Counted from the first letter of the stretch, positions 29,047 to 40,174 are shown. The stretch is DNA of 44,983 nucleotides from an uncultured Bacteroidota bacterium (GCA_903953815.1 CAJBLA010000197.1:1-44983); one strand, 5' to 3'. Notes: generated from the letters alone by a model not told the origin. Translations and numbers: made by a program.

Positions 29047-29688
29047 TTAGTAACTTATACACTCTTTTAATTCTTTCTCTGTATAGGCTAATCCATGTTG
29101 CTTTAATACTTCATCAGGAACCCCATTCCATTGGTTGGGCACATTCCCCATATAGCCCAAATCCTTCACCCCAATTTCAGAAGTATAAAATCCTGTAGTG
29201 ACCAAGTCGCGAATTTTATTAAAAAAGCTAACGCCTTGCGCTACTTCTGGTTTCGCCTTATTTGGATAGGCAATTTCATCTACAATTTCTAATTGCTGCG
29301 GCTTTGTTAAATCAACAAACGCTTTTTCATGTTTCTTATAACAATGTAAATCCAACCATCTTAAGCCACCACGCATTGGCACTTGATGATCGGGCATATC
29401 CTTTACTATAAACTCAATAAATTCAGGCACTTTAGCGTCCGACGCTGAGCCACTTACTGCATCCTTAGGCATAATGATATCAGCTAGTACCGTAATGGTA
29501 GCCATTTCCTGTGCATCAAAAAAATCAGGCTGTGCTTTTATCTTAACTAAGTAATCCTTTTCTTCCTGCATACGATCGTCCAAGTTCACTTCTGAAACAG
29601 TCGTTTTCGTATTTTTACAAGCTTCAAGTAATACACCTGCGGAAACAGTGCCTAATACCAACGCTTTAATGGAATCTCTTCTATCCAT
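29047..29688 (-). CDS. Gluconate 2-dehydrogenase subunit 3 family protein, predicted Tat lipoprotein
   Basis: MDRRDSIK twin-Arg signal, LEAC lipobox, LADII.P..SA.DA.V..FI and GFYTSEIG..LGY motifs; follows the GMC gene. Confidence 0.9.
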   Translation of the reverse strand: MDRRDSIKALVLGTVSAGVLLEACKNTKTTVSEVNLDDRMQEEKDYLVKIKAQPDFFDAQEMATITVLADIIMPKDAVSGSASDAKVPEFIEFIVKDMPDHQVPMRGGLRWLDLHCYKKHEKAFVDLTKPQQLEIVDEIAYPNKAKPEVAQGVSFFNKIRDLVTTGFYTSEIGVKDLGYMGNVPNQWNGVPDEVLKQHGLAYTEKELKECISY

Positions 29689-29742
29689 GATCAATATTTT
29701 TATTTAATTAAATATTATATTTTACTTATTCTTTTACAGCTA

Positions 29743-31485
29743 CTAGATATTTTTCTTTTGTAACTGATCCAAAATATATTCTGAAGTACGCATTGACAAT
29801 GCCAAAATAGTCCATGTAATATTTTTATCTGCTTGTGAGGTAAATACTGAACCATCCACACAGAATAAATTTTTACAATCATGGGCTTGTCCAAATGCAT
29901 TTAATGCAGATGTTTTTTTATCACTACCCATACGAACTGTTCCAGCTTCATGAATAATATTACCTGGATTTGATAATCCATATTTATTACTTGCATCATC
30001 TTGATCACCCCAAGTAATTACCGCACCCATTTCATGCATAATTTCACGGAAGGTTTCCTTCATATGTTTTGCTTGCTGCACTTCGTAATCTGAATTTTTA
30101 CAATCAAACTTTAATACAGGAATACCATATTTGTCCACTACATCCGGATCAATCTTACAATGATTTTCAAAGGTAGGCACCGCTTCCCCTCTTCCGCCCA
30201 TACCTACACTAGCGCCATAAAAAAAGCGAACGTCCTCTTTCAATGATTCTCCGTATCCACCAGCTTCCTTGGTTCTACCATTTACTTGAAACTTACCATT
30301 CAATCCTTGCTGGCCCATGCCAAATCCGTAACCCGGTTGGCTCATGCCACCCCAATATTCAATATGGTATCCTCTTGGGAAATTTAATTTTTTATTATCC
30401 AACCACCATGGTGTATAAACGTGCATACCACCAACACCATCTTCGTTGTAACGTTTACGTCCAAACAAACTTGGAATTACACCACCCAATGCAGCGCCGG
30501 TTGAATCATGCAAATAATGTCCGACAACGCCTGAACTATTTGCCAAACCATTTGGATGTTTGGATGATTTTGAGTTTAATAATAAACGCGCAGTTTCACA
30601 AGTACTTGCACCTAACACGACTACTTTTGCATTAATTTGATACTCCTGTCTGTCGGCTTTGTTGACATAGGAAATGCCTACTGCTTTACCTTCTCTGTCC
30701 GTAATTACTTCACGCGCCATAGCACCGGTAATTAAATCCACATTTCCTGTTAATAATGCAGGGCGCACTAAAACTGAAGATGAGGAAAAATCACCGTACA
30801 CTTTACAGGAACGATTACATTGACCGCAGTAAAAACAAACACCACGATCATCATTTATTTTTTTAGTTAAAATAGATAAACGGGAAGGAATTACTGGAAT
30901 GTTAATTCCTGTTGCTGCTTTTTTAAACATCAACTCATGCAACCTTGGTTTTGGCGGCGGTAAAAAAATACCATCAGGATCATTCGCTAATCCTTCATTC
31001 GTTCCGTATACCCCAATTAATTTATCAATTTTATCATAATACGGTTTGATGTCCTCATAGCCTATTGGCCAATCGTCACCTAAGCCGTCAATACTTCTTC
31101 TTTTAAAATCTTTGGGTCCGAATCGCAATGAAATACGACCCCAATGGTTGGTACGACCACCTACCATTCTAGCTCTCCACCACTCAAATTTATCACTGCC
31201 TGGCGTTTGGGTATAAGGTTCTCCGTCTATTTCCCAACCCCAATAGGACGCATCAAAATCGCCAAATGGACGCATTTTGGTACTTGCCCCACGACGCGGT
31301 GATTCCCAAGGGTTTTTCATTTGTGATGAGTTTTTAGCTGGATCAAATTCAGGACCCGCTTCTAACAAACAAACTTTAAGACCAGCCTTTGCTAAAACAT
31401 AGGCTGACATTCCCCCTCCTGCACCTGAACCAACAATGACTGCGTCATAATTTTTAGGCGAAACTTTTACTTGAAAATTGGACAT
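29743..31485 (-). CDS. GMC family FAD oxidoreductase (glucoside 3-dehydrogenase-like)
   Basis: GSGAGGG, VGGRTNHWG, C.YCGQC...C Fe-S motif, HEAGTVRMG. Confidence 0.92.
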   Translation of the reverse strand: MSNFQVKVSPKNYDAVIVGSGAGGGMSAYVLAKAGLKVCLLEAGPEFDPAKNSSQMKNPWESPRRGASTKMRPFGDFDASYWGWEIDGEPYTQTPGSDKFEWWRARMVGGRTNHWGRISLRFGPKDFKRRSIDGLGDDWPIGYEDIKPYYDKIDKLIGVYGTNEGLANDPDGIFLPPPKPRLHELMFKKAATGINIPVIPSRLSILTKKINDDRGVCFYCGQCNRSCKVYGDFSSSSVLVRPALLTGNVDLITGAMAREVITDREGKAVGISYVNKADRQEYQINAKVVVLGASTCETARLLLNSKSSKHPNGLANSSGVVGHYLHDSTGAALGGVIPSLFGRKRYNEDGVGGMHVYTPWWLDNKKLNFPRGYHIEYWGGMSQPGYGFGMGQQGLNGKFQVNGRTKEAGGYGESLKEDVRFFYGASVGMGGRGEAVPTFENHCKIDPDVVDKYGIPVLKFDCKNSDYEVQQAKHMKETFREIMHEMGAVITWGDQDDASNKYGLSNPGNIIHEAGTVRMGSDKKTSALNAFGQAHDCKNLFCVDGSVFTSQADKNITWTILALSMRTSEYILDQLQKKNI

Positions 31486-31622
31486 AATGCTATTTTTTTC
31501 TCTAGTTGTATTGAACTATGAATTTAAAGAAAATTATTAATGGTTGCCTAATTTTTACATGAAAGTTTGCGTTTTAGTAAAAGCAAAAGGCCAGGTTTAC
31601 TTTAGGGTAGGTTTAAAGTAAA

Positions 31623-31650
31623 AATCCCCACCCGTTAATGGGTGGGGATT
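31623..31650 (-). terminator. Intrinsic terminator of nrdJ
   Basis: AATCCCCACCC / GGGTGGGGATT stem with T tail on the minus strand. Confidence 0.88.
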
Positions 31651-31667
31651 AAAATCATTAGAGGATA

Positions 31668-31705
31668 TTTTTGGAAATTTTATATTTTATAAAAATTTCC
31701 AAAAA
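31668..31705. repeat. Perfect 14-bp inverted repeat with 10-nt loop at the nrdJ stop codon
   Basis: TTTTTGGAAATTTT-ATATTTTATA-AAAATTTCCAAAAA. Confidence 0.9.
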
Positions 31706-31706
31706 A

Positions 31707-34700
31707 TCAACTGCAGCCCATACTTGTTCCACAGTTCAAGCATTTATAGCAAGTACCGCTTCTGATTGTAATATGTCCACATGTGCTACAAGCTGGCGCA
31801 TCGCTTTGCATGCTCTTCGCAGCTGCTTGTACTTGGTCCATGGATCCACCAGCAGTTGTTTCAACGGCTACCGCTACATTCGCTTTTGCGACTGTTGGCG
31901 CAGTAACACGAATGCTACTTAGCTCAGGCTTTCCCACTAATGTAATATCGCCCTCCTCTCCTAAATTTTCAACTGTCGGCTTGTCTAGTACATGTACTAA
32001 ATCAGTTCTACCTAAATATTCATATGCCAATGAGCGGAAAATAAAGTCAACAATCGAAGTGGTTGTTTTGATATTTGGATGATCCACCATTCCTGAAGGT
32101 TCAAACTTGGTAAATACAAATTTCTCGACAAACTCTTCTAATGGAACACCATATTGTAATCCCACTGAAATTGAAATCGCAAAACAGTTCATTAAACTGC
32201 GAAGTGTTGAACCTTCTTTTGCTAAATCAATAAATATTTCTCCTAAAGTATTGTCATTGTATTCGCCTGTTCTTAAGAATAATACCTGTCCACCAATACG
32301 CGCTTTTTGTGTAAAGCCACGACGCTTAGCCGGTAATGATTTACGCTCAACGATTCTAGAAAGTTGACGCTTAAATTTAGTATCCGTTGAAGCAGACATT
32401 CTTTTTTGAACTTCTTCTAGCAACTCATCTACATTTAATTTACTTAGGTCAACCAACTGAGAACCGCCATCTGCTGCTACTTCTTCTTCAGTTGCCGCAT
32501 CAACTTTTTTCTTTTTATCTGATTTTGTACTTAATGGCTGGCTTAATTTAGAACCATCACGATATATTGCGTTCGCTTTTAATCCTAGAGACCAACTCAT
32601 TAAATAAGAATCAGCAATTTCTTCAACAGTCGCTTCGTTTGGAAGATTAATGGTTTTAGAAATCGCACCCGATAAGAAAGGTTGACAAGCTGCCATCATT
32701 CTAATATGACCATGCGCGTGAATGTATCTTTCTCCTTTTTTACCATTTTTATTCGCACAATCAAATATAGACAAATGCTCATCCTTCAATGCTGGCGCAC
32801 CTTCTACAGTCATTGTACCACAAACATAATCGTTAGCAGCATCAATTTGATCTTCTGTAAATCCTAAAGCTTCTAATAAACTAAAGCTCCAATCAGCAAA
32901 AACTTCTTCCTTAAAACCTAATCTTGTTAAACAAGCATCACCCAATGTGAAACGGTTAAAGATGAATCCAATTTCAAATGCTGATTTAGCAGCACCATTT
33001 AATTTTGCAATTTCTTCTGCAGTAAATCCTTTCGCTAATAATGATTCATTGTTAATGAATGGTGCACCTGCGAAACTTGCATGTCCTACAGCGAAATTTA
33101 CAATTGCATCATTTTCAGCTTGTGTATATCCTAAGTTCTTTAATGCTTGTGGTACCGATTGGTTGATAATTTTAAAGTATCCACCGCCTGATAATTTTTT
33201 GAATTTCACTAAAGCGAAATCTGGTTCAACACCTGTAGTATCGCAATCCATTACTAAACCAATCGTTCCTGTTGGAGCGATTACAGTTGTTTGCGCATTT
33301 CTATAGCCATATTTTTCACCTAATTGAACTGCATCATCCCAAGCCTTCGTTGCAGCTTTCAATAAATAATCAGGGGTATGTTGTGCTTTAATTCCTTGTG
33401 GTTTAATTTCAAGACCTACATAAGCACCTTCTGCATCATAGGCAGCAGCGCGGTGATTACGCATTACACGTAACATATCTTCTTTATTTTCTTCGTATCT
33501 ATCAAAAGCACCTAAGAAAGAAGCTAATTCAGCAGATGTTTTATAAGCCACACCCGTCATGATTGCCGTGATTGATCCTGCAATACCACGTGCTTCTTCG
33601 CTATCGTATGCAATACCGCTTACCATTAACATAGAACCAAGGTTGGCAAAACCTAAACCTGTAGTTCTGTAATCATATGATAATTGCGCTACTTCTTTAG
33701 AAGGGAACTGCGCCATTAAAATAGATACTTCTAATACAGTGGCCCATAATCTTGTCGTATACTCAAAACCAGTTACATCAAAACTATTGTCAGACTCGTT
33801 GAAGAATTTACGCAAGTTGATAGAAGCTAGGTTACAAGCCGTGTTGTCCAAGAACATATATTCTGAACATGGGTTAGAAGCATTAATTCTTCCCCCTTTT
33901 GGACAAGTATGCCACTCATTAATAGTAGTGTCATATTGCGTTCCTGGATCCGCACAACGCCAAGCAGCGTTTGCAATTTGATCCCATACTTCACGTGCAG
34001 GTATTGATTGCATCACACGACCATCAGTACGTGCTTTTAATTCCCAATTGCCATTTTCAGACAAAGCTTTAAAGAAGCTGTTCGGAATACGCACCGAGTT
34101 GTTTGAGTTTTGCCCAGACACTGTTGCGTATGCTTCTCCTTCATAACTATTATCATAACCAGCCGCGATTAAAGCAGCCACTTTATCTTCTTCTTTTACT
34201 TTCCAGTTAATGAATTCCATTACTTCTGGATGATCCAAATCCAAACAAACCATTTTAGCAGCACGACGTGTGGTACCACCTGACTTAATCGCACCTGCCG
34301 CGCGATCACCAATTTTCAAGAAGCTCATTAAGCCACTTGATGATCCGCCACCAGATAATTTCTCGTTAGCCCCTCTGATTTGAGAGAAGTTGGTTCCAAC
34401 CCCAGATCCGTATTTGAAAATTCTTGCTTCTCTTGTCCATAAATCCATAATGCCACCTTCGTTCACTAAATCATCGCTTACGCTTAATATAAAACAAGCA
34501 TGTGGTTGTGGACGCTCATATGCACTCGTTGATCTCTTTAATTTTTTATCAGTTGGATCAACATAATAGTGCCCTTGCGCACCACCTGTGATACCATAGC
34601 TTTCATGTAACCCTGTATTAAACCATTGTGGTGAATTTGGAACACAAGCTTGGTTTAAAATACTATATACTAACTCCTCATAAAATATTTGTGCATCTTG

Positions 34701-35036
34701 TTCAGTTGCAAAATAACCATAACGCTCACCCCACACTCTCCAGCAATTCGCCATACGATGTGCAACTTGCTTTACTGTTGTTTCACGACCTAAGGAACCA
34801 TCTGCTTGAGGTACGCCCGCTTTTCTAAAATATTTTTGTGCAAGAATATCTGTTGCAATTTGACTCCACTGTTTCGGCACTTCCACATTGGTCATCTCAA
34901 ATACTTTTTCTCCGTTTGGATTTTTAATTACGCTATCACGATAGTCGTAATCAAATTGATCAAATGGAGAAACATTTTCTTTTGTAAAGAGGCGTGTAAA
35001 TTTTAAGCCTTTTTTTGTTTTAGGAGTAGTAGCCAT
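31707..35036 (-). CDS. nrdJ: Adenosylcobalamin-dependent (class II) ribonucleotide reductase
   Basis: [45 protein letters not shown] and YRDG motifs, C-terminal Cys-rich tail; no intein seen. Confidence 0.96.
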   Translation of the reverse strand: MATTPKTKKGLKFTRLFTKENVSPFDQFDYDYRDSVIKNPNGEKVFEMTNVEVPKQWSQIATDILAQKYFRKAGVPQADGSLGRETTVKQVAHRMANCWRVWGERYGYFATEQDAQIFYEELVYSILNQACVPNSPQWFNTGLHESYGITGGAQGHYYVDPTDKKLKRSTSAYERPQPHACFILSVSDDLVNEGGIMDLWTREARIFKYGSGVGTNFSQIRGANEKLSGGGSSSGLMSFLKIGDRAAGAIKSGGTTRRAAKMVCLDLDHPEVMEFINWKVKEEDKVAALIAAGYDNSYEGEAYATVSGQNSNNSVRIPNSFFKALSENGNWELKARTDGRVMQSIPAREVWDQIANAAWRCADPGTQYDTTINEWHTCPKGGRINASNPCSEYMFLDNTACNLASINLRKFFNESDNSFDVTGFEYTTRLWATVLEVSILMAQFPSKEVAQLSYDYRTTGLGFANLGSMLMVSGIAYDSEEARGIAGSITAIMTGVAYKTSAELASFLGAFDRYEENKEDMLRVMRNHRAAAYDAEGAYVGLEIKPQGIKAQHTPDYLLKAATKAWDDAVQLGEKYGYRNAQTTVIAPTGTIGLVMDCDTTGVEPDFALVKFKKLSGGGYFKIINQSVPQALKNLGYTQAENDAIVNFAVGHASFAGAPFINNESLLAKGFTAEEIAKLNGAAKSAFEIGFIFNRFTLGDACLTRLGFKEEVFADWSFSLLEALGFTEDQIDAANDYVCGTMTVEGAPALKDEHLSIFDCANKNGKKGERYIHAHGHIRMMAACQPFLSGAISKTINLPNEATVEEIADSYLMSWSLGLKANAIYRDGSKLSQPLSTKSDKKKKVDAATEEEVAADGGSQLVDLSKLNVDELLEEVQKRMSASTDTKFKRQLSRIVERKSLPAKRRGFTQKARIGGQVLFLRTGEYNDNTLGEIFIDLAKEGSTLRSLMNCFAISISVGLQYGVPLEEFVEKFVFTKFEPSGMVDHPNIKTTTSIVDFIFRSLAYEYLGRTDLVHVLDKPTVENLGEEGDITLVGKPELSSIRVTAPTVAKANVAVAVETTAGGSMDQVQAAAKSMQSDAPACSTCGHITIRSGTCYKCLNCGTSMGCS

Positions 35037-35105
35037 GGTCTTGTTCTATTTAAGGATGTTAGTGGGTTATCCCATTAGGTTTTTGAAAAAACCTTGATGG
35101 GTATA

Positions 35106-35113
35106 CGAAAATA
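35106..35113 (-). promoter_or_regulatory. Variant -7 element (TATTTTCG) for nrdJ
   Basis: One mismatch to TAnnTTTG; a similar TTCG variant precedes rplY (2225-2232). Confidence 0.5.
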
Positions 35114-35453
35114 TCCTTCTGAAACCATAATACAAGCATCGAAATATCAACAGCTGTGGAAAAGAAATGTGAATTAAATCAAACCCTATATCCGGCTTGA
35201 TTTTCGTGATTTATCCCCAAGAGATGTTAGTTTCTGCGAAAAAAAAACCTTGGATGTTTGAAATTTTTAGTATTTGTCAGCACCCCTTATCCCTTGTTGC
35301 AATAAAATCAATATTTTTGGTGATTCCGATAAACAAGCAACTCCTATGACCTAAATGGCGCTGGGAAGTAAATAAAACAGAGAAAAATAATTTTTACCTG
35401 TTTTATTATGTGTTTTTTTGGGAAAAATATTGCACCTTACACGGGCTTATAAA

Positions 35454-36200
35454 ATGAAAAATAAACTTTACGATATTATCACGCAAGGAAAATCAAATGC
35501 CAAAAAAGCATTTGCTGTTTTAATTGACCCTGATAAAATAAATGAGCAAAGTTTAACCCAAACCATTGACATTGCTGTTAAGTCCAAAGTTGATTATTTT
35601 TTTGTAGGTGGCAGTTTAGTAGTGACCGATACTTTGGATACCGTAGTGGCAAGTATCAAAAAACAATGTAACATTCCTGTGATACTTTTTCCTGGATCCC
35701 CTGATCAAATAACACCAAAAGCAGATGCCCTTTTATATTTGTCTTTAATATCTGGACGTAATGCAGAATTACTTATAGGACAACATGTGATCAGTGCGCC
35801 TTTTGTGAAGAAAAGTGGTCTTGAAATTATCTCAGTTGGATATATGCTTATTGATGGCGGCACCCCAACTACCGTTTCCTATATTTCAAATTCAAACCCG
35901 ATTCCTTCGAATAAAAATGATATCGCTTTGTGCACTGCCATGGCTGGAGAAATGCTGGGCCAAAAATTAATTTACATGGATGCTGGAAGTGGAGCTCAAA
36001 AAGCCATCCCTACTGAGATGATTGCAAAAGTGAGTGCACATATTCAAATACCTTTAGTAGTAGGTGGCGGTATTACCACACCTGAAAAAGCAAAACAAAA
36101 CTGTATTGCTGGCGCTGATATTATAGTAGTTGGAAATGCCGTTGAAAAAGATCCGGCATTGATTCAAGCCATCGCTGAAGCGATTCATAGTTTGAACTAA
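35454..36200 (+). CDS. Geranylgeranylglyceryl/heptaprenylglyceryl phosphate synthase (PcrB family; start moved to MKNKLY)
   Basis: LIDPDK, VGGS, LFPG, LSLISGRN, YMDAGSGA, VGGGI and GAD.IVVG motifs. Confidence 0.93.
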   Translation: MKNKLYDIITQGKSNAKKAFAVLIDPDKINEQSLTQTIDIAVKSKVDYFFVGGSLVVTDTLDTVVASIKKQCNIPVILFPGSPDQITPKADALLYLSLISGRNAELLIGQHVISAPFVKKSGLEIISVGYMLIDGGTPTTVSYISNSNPIPSNKNDIALCTAMAGEMLGQKLIYMDAGSGAQKAIPTEMIAKVSAHIQIPLVVGGGITTPEKAKQNCIAGADIIVVGNAVEKDPALIQAIAEAIHSLN

Positions 36201-36224
36201 AACGAAGTAAACAATGATGGCGTT

Positions 36225-36959
36225 TTAGAAACTCATCATTTCCTTGAATTTCACCGTTTGACGTCGGCTAATTTCAATTTTTTCTCCGCCCTTCAATTCC
36301 ACCAACAATCCGCCATTAAAGTAGGGTTCAATTTTTTCAATCCATTGTAAGTTGATGATATGCTTGCGATTGGCCCTAAAAAATACATGCTCATCCAATC
36401 GGTCTTCCAATGCATTTAATGACTTTAATATTAAAGGTTTGTGGCTAGAAAAATATACTTTGGCGTAATTTCCTACACTTTCAAATAACCTTATTTCCGC
36501 CAATTTAACAAACCAACATTTCTCTCCATCTTTTACAAACACTTGATCCGCTTCCGTCAAAGGCCCTCTGGTAGATCCACCCAAGAGGCTAGCTTGTTCT
36601 AATGTTAATTCGGTTTGTAATTTTTGAATGGCATCACTTAATCTATTGGGATCAATGGGCTTTAATAAGTAATCCAATGCATTCACCTCAAAAGCTTTTA
36701 AGGCAAATTCATCAAATGCAGTAGTGAAAATAACCTTGGGTGCTTTTTCTAATTCCCCTAACAAATCAAAACCGGTTTTGCCGGGCATTTGAATATCTAA
36801 GAATATTAAATCGGGACGCGCCAATTCTATTTTTTCTACGCCTTCATCCACCCCACTCGCTTCATCAATTATTTGAATTTCGGTATGTTGTTCTAGTAAT
36901 TTTTTTAGCTCATTTCGCGCTAATCTTTCATCATCAATAATTATGGCTGTTATTGGCAT
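36225..36959 (-). CDS. LytTR family response regulator
   Basis: IIDDE, FLDIQMP and DYLLKP receiver motifs; FFRANRKHIIN LytTR domain. Confidence 0.95.
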   Translation of the reverse strand: MPITAIIIDDERLARNELKKLLEQHTEIQIIDEASGVDEGVEKIELARPDLIFLDIQMPGKTGFDLLGELEKAPKVIFTTAFDEFALKAFEVNALDYLLKPIDPNRLSDAIQKLQTELTLEQASLLGGSTRGPLTEADQVFVKDGEKCWFVKLAEIRLFESVGNYAKVYFSSHKPLILKSLNALEDRLDEHVFFRANRKHIINLQWIEKIEPYFNGGLLVELKGGEKIEISRRQTVKFKEMMSF

Positions 36960-36969
36960 ATACTTTTTT

Positions 36970-38070
36970 TTAAGCTGAAATTGGAATTTTTAATTTGGCT
37001 GTCACTTGATTAGGTGCATCTTGGTAAATCTCAAACTCCGCCATTCCTTTGTATAAAATATTTAATCGCTCTCTGGTACTTTGTAATCCAAAACCATCCT
37101 TCTCCACCTTTTCTAAAACACCTGTATTTTGAACGAACAACACATGTTTATCGTCTTCAAATTTTGATATAATTTTTATTTGACAAACCCCTGGCTGCTT
37201 GCTTAGCCCGTGTTTAATAGCGTTTTCAACTAGTGTTTGCAACATCATTGGCGGTACTTTGTTTTGAAGTGTCGTTGCATCTACTTCGTATATCACCTGC
37301 AATCTATCTTCAAAGCGAATATGTTCCAAGGCTAAGTAATCCTTGACAATGGTTAACTCCTTATCGAGCGTTGTGATTTCAACTTTATCTGCTTGGATAC
37401 TGCTTCTTAAAATATTACTGAGCTCTGTAATCGCTTGCCTAGCCCTGGTTGGGTTTTCATCTACTAATGCACGAATACTATTTAATGCATTAAAAATAAA
37501 ATGCGGATTAATTTGCGACTTGATTGTTTTTAATTCTAATTCCTTGATTAAAGATTCCAGCTTTATTTTATTAATTGCTTCAGAGTTACTGAACTCTATA
37601 AAATGCCAAAGCATATATACCGAAATCCAAATTAATGAAATGGGAGTGTCAAATACAAGACTTATAAAAAAGCGTTTTGTAACCCTAGCCGTATTCCATT
37701 CTGAAACTATACTTTGAATATGTAAACTAGGCAACGTGTATTGTGTCATTCTTCGTCCAGCATCGTACAACTTAAAAATTTCAAAAATGCTGCTAATTAA
37801 AAAACTAAATAAAACAGCATACCCAAAAAATAACAACAAAATTTTCCACCATTGGCCAGATGGCATAGGTGGACGAAGTCCGGCCCTTAAAATAAGTAGT
37901 CTCAATAAATGCGTCAAACTTAGCCCTAACAAAAGATTAATAGCCATTCTCGGATAAAAAACAGGGCTCAATTGCCTTTCTAGTACGTAGGAAAAAAAGA
38001 TCAGGGTTAGCCCATAACTGAGCCATCCTCCAATTTGACACATCCAATACCTAGTTTGATTGTTTTTCAT
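36970..38070 (-). CDS. LytS/YehU-type membrane sensor histidine kinase
   Basis: N-terminal TM helices, KSQINPHFIFNALN, LQTLVENAIKHG, GFGL. Confidence 0.94.
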   Translation of the reverse strand: MKNNQTRYWMCQIGGWLSYGLTLIFFSYVLERQLSPVFYPRMAINLLLGLSLTHLLRLLILRAGLRPPMPSGQWWKILLLFFGYAVLFSFLISSIFEIFKLYDAGRRMTQYTLPSLHIQSIVSEWNTARVTKRFFISLVFDTPISLIWISVYMLWHFIEFSNSEAINKIKLESLIKELELKTIKSQINPHFIFNALNSIRALVDENPTRARQAITELSNILRSSIQADKVEITTLDKELTIVKDYLALEHIRFEDRLQVIYEVDATTLQNKVPPMMLQTLVENAIKHGLSKQPGVCQIKIISKFEDDKHVLFVQNTGVLEKVEKDGFGLQSTRERLNILYKGMAEFEIYQDAPNQVTAKLKIPISA

Positions 38071-38075
38071 CTGTT

Positions 38076-38083
38076 CAAATTTA
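38076..38083 (-). promoter_or_regulatory. -7 element (TAAATTTG) 5 nt before the kinase ATG
   Basis: Exact TAnnTTTG match. Confidence 0.65.
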
Positions 38084-38221
38084 CTCCAATTCCTGCTTTA
38101 AATGGGGCCATATTAGTATTAATGGTCGTATAAGTGGTTACACGGCAAGTGATTTTCGTCATTTTAAACTTTTGCTATATTTTTATGTTATTAACTTACT
38201 TTTACATTCCAAATTGTTTTA

Positions 38222-40144
38222 ATGCAAATAACAGCCGGACCTCTTTTAAATACCATCAATACACCTCAGGACTTGAAAAAAGTGAGCAGGGAACAATTGC
38301 ATCAGGTATGTAATGAATTAAGACAATACATCATTGATGTTGTTAGTATTCATGGAGGCCACTTTTCTGCAAGCCTCGGTGTAGTGGAACTTAGCGTGGC
38401 ATTGCATTATGTTTACAATACCCCTTATGATCAGTTGGTTTGGGATGTAGGCCATCAGGCTTATGGACACAAAATTTTAACAGGTCGCCGCGATCAATTT
38501 GTTACTAACCGAAAATACAAGGGTTTAAGTGGGTTTCCAAAACGTAGTGAAAGCGAATATGACACTTTTGGTGTAGGTCATTCCTCTACCTCCATTTCAG
38601 CAGCGCTAGGAATGGCCATGGCTGCCAAATACAAGGGAGAAAATAGAAAGTCGGTGGCGATTATTGGGGATGGCTCTATGACTGCCGGTATGGCTTTTGA
38701 AGCAATGAATCATGCAGGGATTGCAGATAGTGATGTGCTGATTATATTGAACGATAACAATATGAGTATTGACCCCAACGTAGGGGCTTTAAGAGAATAC
38801 TTAACAGATATTAGTACTTCTCCTACTTATAATAAAGTGCGGGATGAAATTTGGAACCTGATGGGTAAATTACCTATTGGTAAAAACTTCACCCGTGAAA
38901 TGGCTTCTAAAATGGAAGCAAGTGTAAAAGGAGTTGTTTCCAAAAGCAGTAATATTTTTGAAGCTTTACAACTTAGATATTTTGGCCCAATTGATGGACA
39001 TAATATTGCCAATTTGGTGGATACCTTGAATGACCTCAAGGAAATTCCTGGCCCTAAACTATTGCATATCATTACCGTGAAAGGAAAGGGTTATGCCTTA
39101 GCTGAAAAAGACCAGACCAAATGGCATGCCCCGGGTTTGTTTGATAAATTAACAGGGGAAATAATTAAGAAAAAAATTGAAACACCACAACCTCCAAAAT
39201 ACCAGGATGTATTTGGACGTAGTATTGTTGAATTGGCAAAAGTGAATCCGCAAATTATGGGCGTAACGCCTGCAATGCCTAGTGGCTCTTCTTTAAAATT
39301 TATGATGGATGAAATGCCGCACCGTGCATTTGATGTAGGCATTTGTGAACAACATGCAGTTACTTTAAGTGCTGGACTTGCAACGCAAGGCATCAAAGTT
39401 TTTTGCAACATTTATTCTTCCTTCATGCAACGCGCATATGACCAAGTCATTCATGATGTTGCTATTCAAAAATTACCTGTTGTATTTTGTTTGGATCGCG
39501 CTGGTTTGGTTGGGGAAGATGGTCCAACACATCATGGTTGTTATGATATTGCTTTTTTCAGATGCATCCCAAATATGATTATTAGCGCACCCATGAACGA
39601 ACAAGAATTGCGCAATTTAATGTACACCGCACAACTTCCTGAAACCAACCTGCCATTTGTCATTCGCTACCCAAGAGGAGAAGGCGTGATGGTGGATTGG
39701 CAAAAACCTTTTGAGAAAATAGAAATTGGCAAAGGCCGCAAACTAAAGGATGGTAAGGATATCGCGATTTTAAGTTTTGGACACCCTGGTAATTTTGTTC
39801 AAACAGCGATTCGCAATTTACGTCCAGAAGGTATTGACCCAGCGCATTATGATATAAGATTTGTAAAACCTTTGGATACCGATTTATTACATGAAGTATT
39901 TCAAAACTATTCCATGATTATCACTGTTGAAGATGCAACAGTAGTGGGTGGTTTTGGTTCGGCTATTTTAGAATTCATGAACGAACATAATTATAACGCT
40001 AAAATTAAAATTTTAGGAATACCGGATACCATTGTGGAGCATGGCACTTTGAAAGAATTACAAAACGAATGTCATTACGATACTAATGCGATTATGGACA
40101 CTGTAAAATCTTTATTAGGAAAAACATTGCTTACAGAGGTGTAA
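38222..40144 (+). CDS. dxs: 1-deoxy-D-xylulose-5-phosphate synthase
   Basis: GGH..ASLG, WDVGHQAY.HKILTGR, GHSSTSIS, GDG...LNDN and DRAGLVGEDGPTH motifs. Confidence 0.98.
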   Translation: MQITAGPLLNTINTPQDLKKVSREQLHQVCNELRQYIIDVVSIHGGHFSASLGVVELSVALHYVYNTPYDQLVWDVGHQAYGHKILTGRRDQFVTNRKYKGLSGFPKRSESEYDTFGVGHSSTSISAALGMAMAAKYKGENRKSVAIIGDGSMTAGMAFEAMNHAGIADSDVLIILNDNNMSIDPNVGALREYLTDISTSPTYNKVRDEIWNLMGKLPIGKNFTREMASKMEASVKGVVSKSSNIFEALQLRYFGPIDGHNIANLVDTLNDLKEIPGPKLLHIITVKGKGYALAEKDQTKWHAPGLFDKLTGEIIKKKIETPQPPKYQDVFGRSIVELAKVNPQIMGVTPAMPSGSSLKFMMDEMPHRAFDVGICEQHAVTLSAGLATQGIKVFCNIYSSFMQRAYDQVIHDVAIQKLPVVFCLDRAGLVGEDGPTHHGCYDIAFFRCIPNMIISAPMNEQELRNLMYTAQLPETNLPFVIRYPRGEGVMVDWQKPFEKIEIGKGRKLKDGKDIAILSFGHPGNFVQTAIRNLRPEGIDPAHYDIRFVKPLDTDLLHEVFQNYSMIITVEDATVVGGFGSAILEFMNEHNYNAKIKILGIPDTIVEHGTLKELQNECHYDTNAIMDTVKSLLGKTLLTEV

Positions 40145-40174
40145 CTACAGAAAAATAAATTACAGAAAGAAGTG

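Noticed and set aside
31707-35036. Intein or intron in nrdJ
   Set aside because: The frame is continuous, with no splice-junction or homing-endonuclease motifs; the length fits long class II RNRs
35177-35230. NrdR boxes or cobalamin riboswitch upstream of nrdJ
   Set aside because: Only a loose NrdR-like resemblance (ACCCTATATCCGG) and no recognisable riboswitch core
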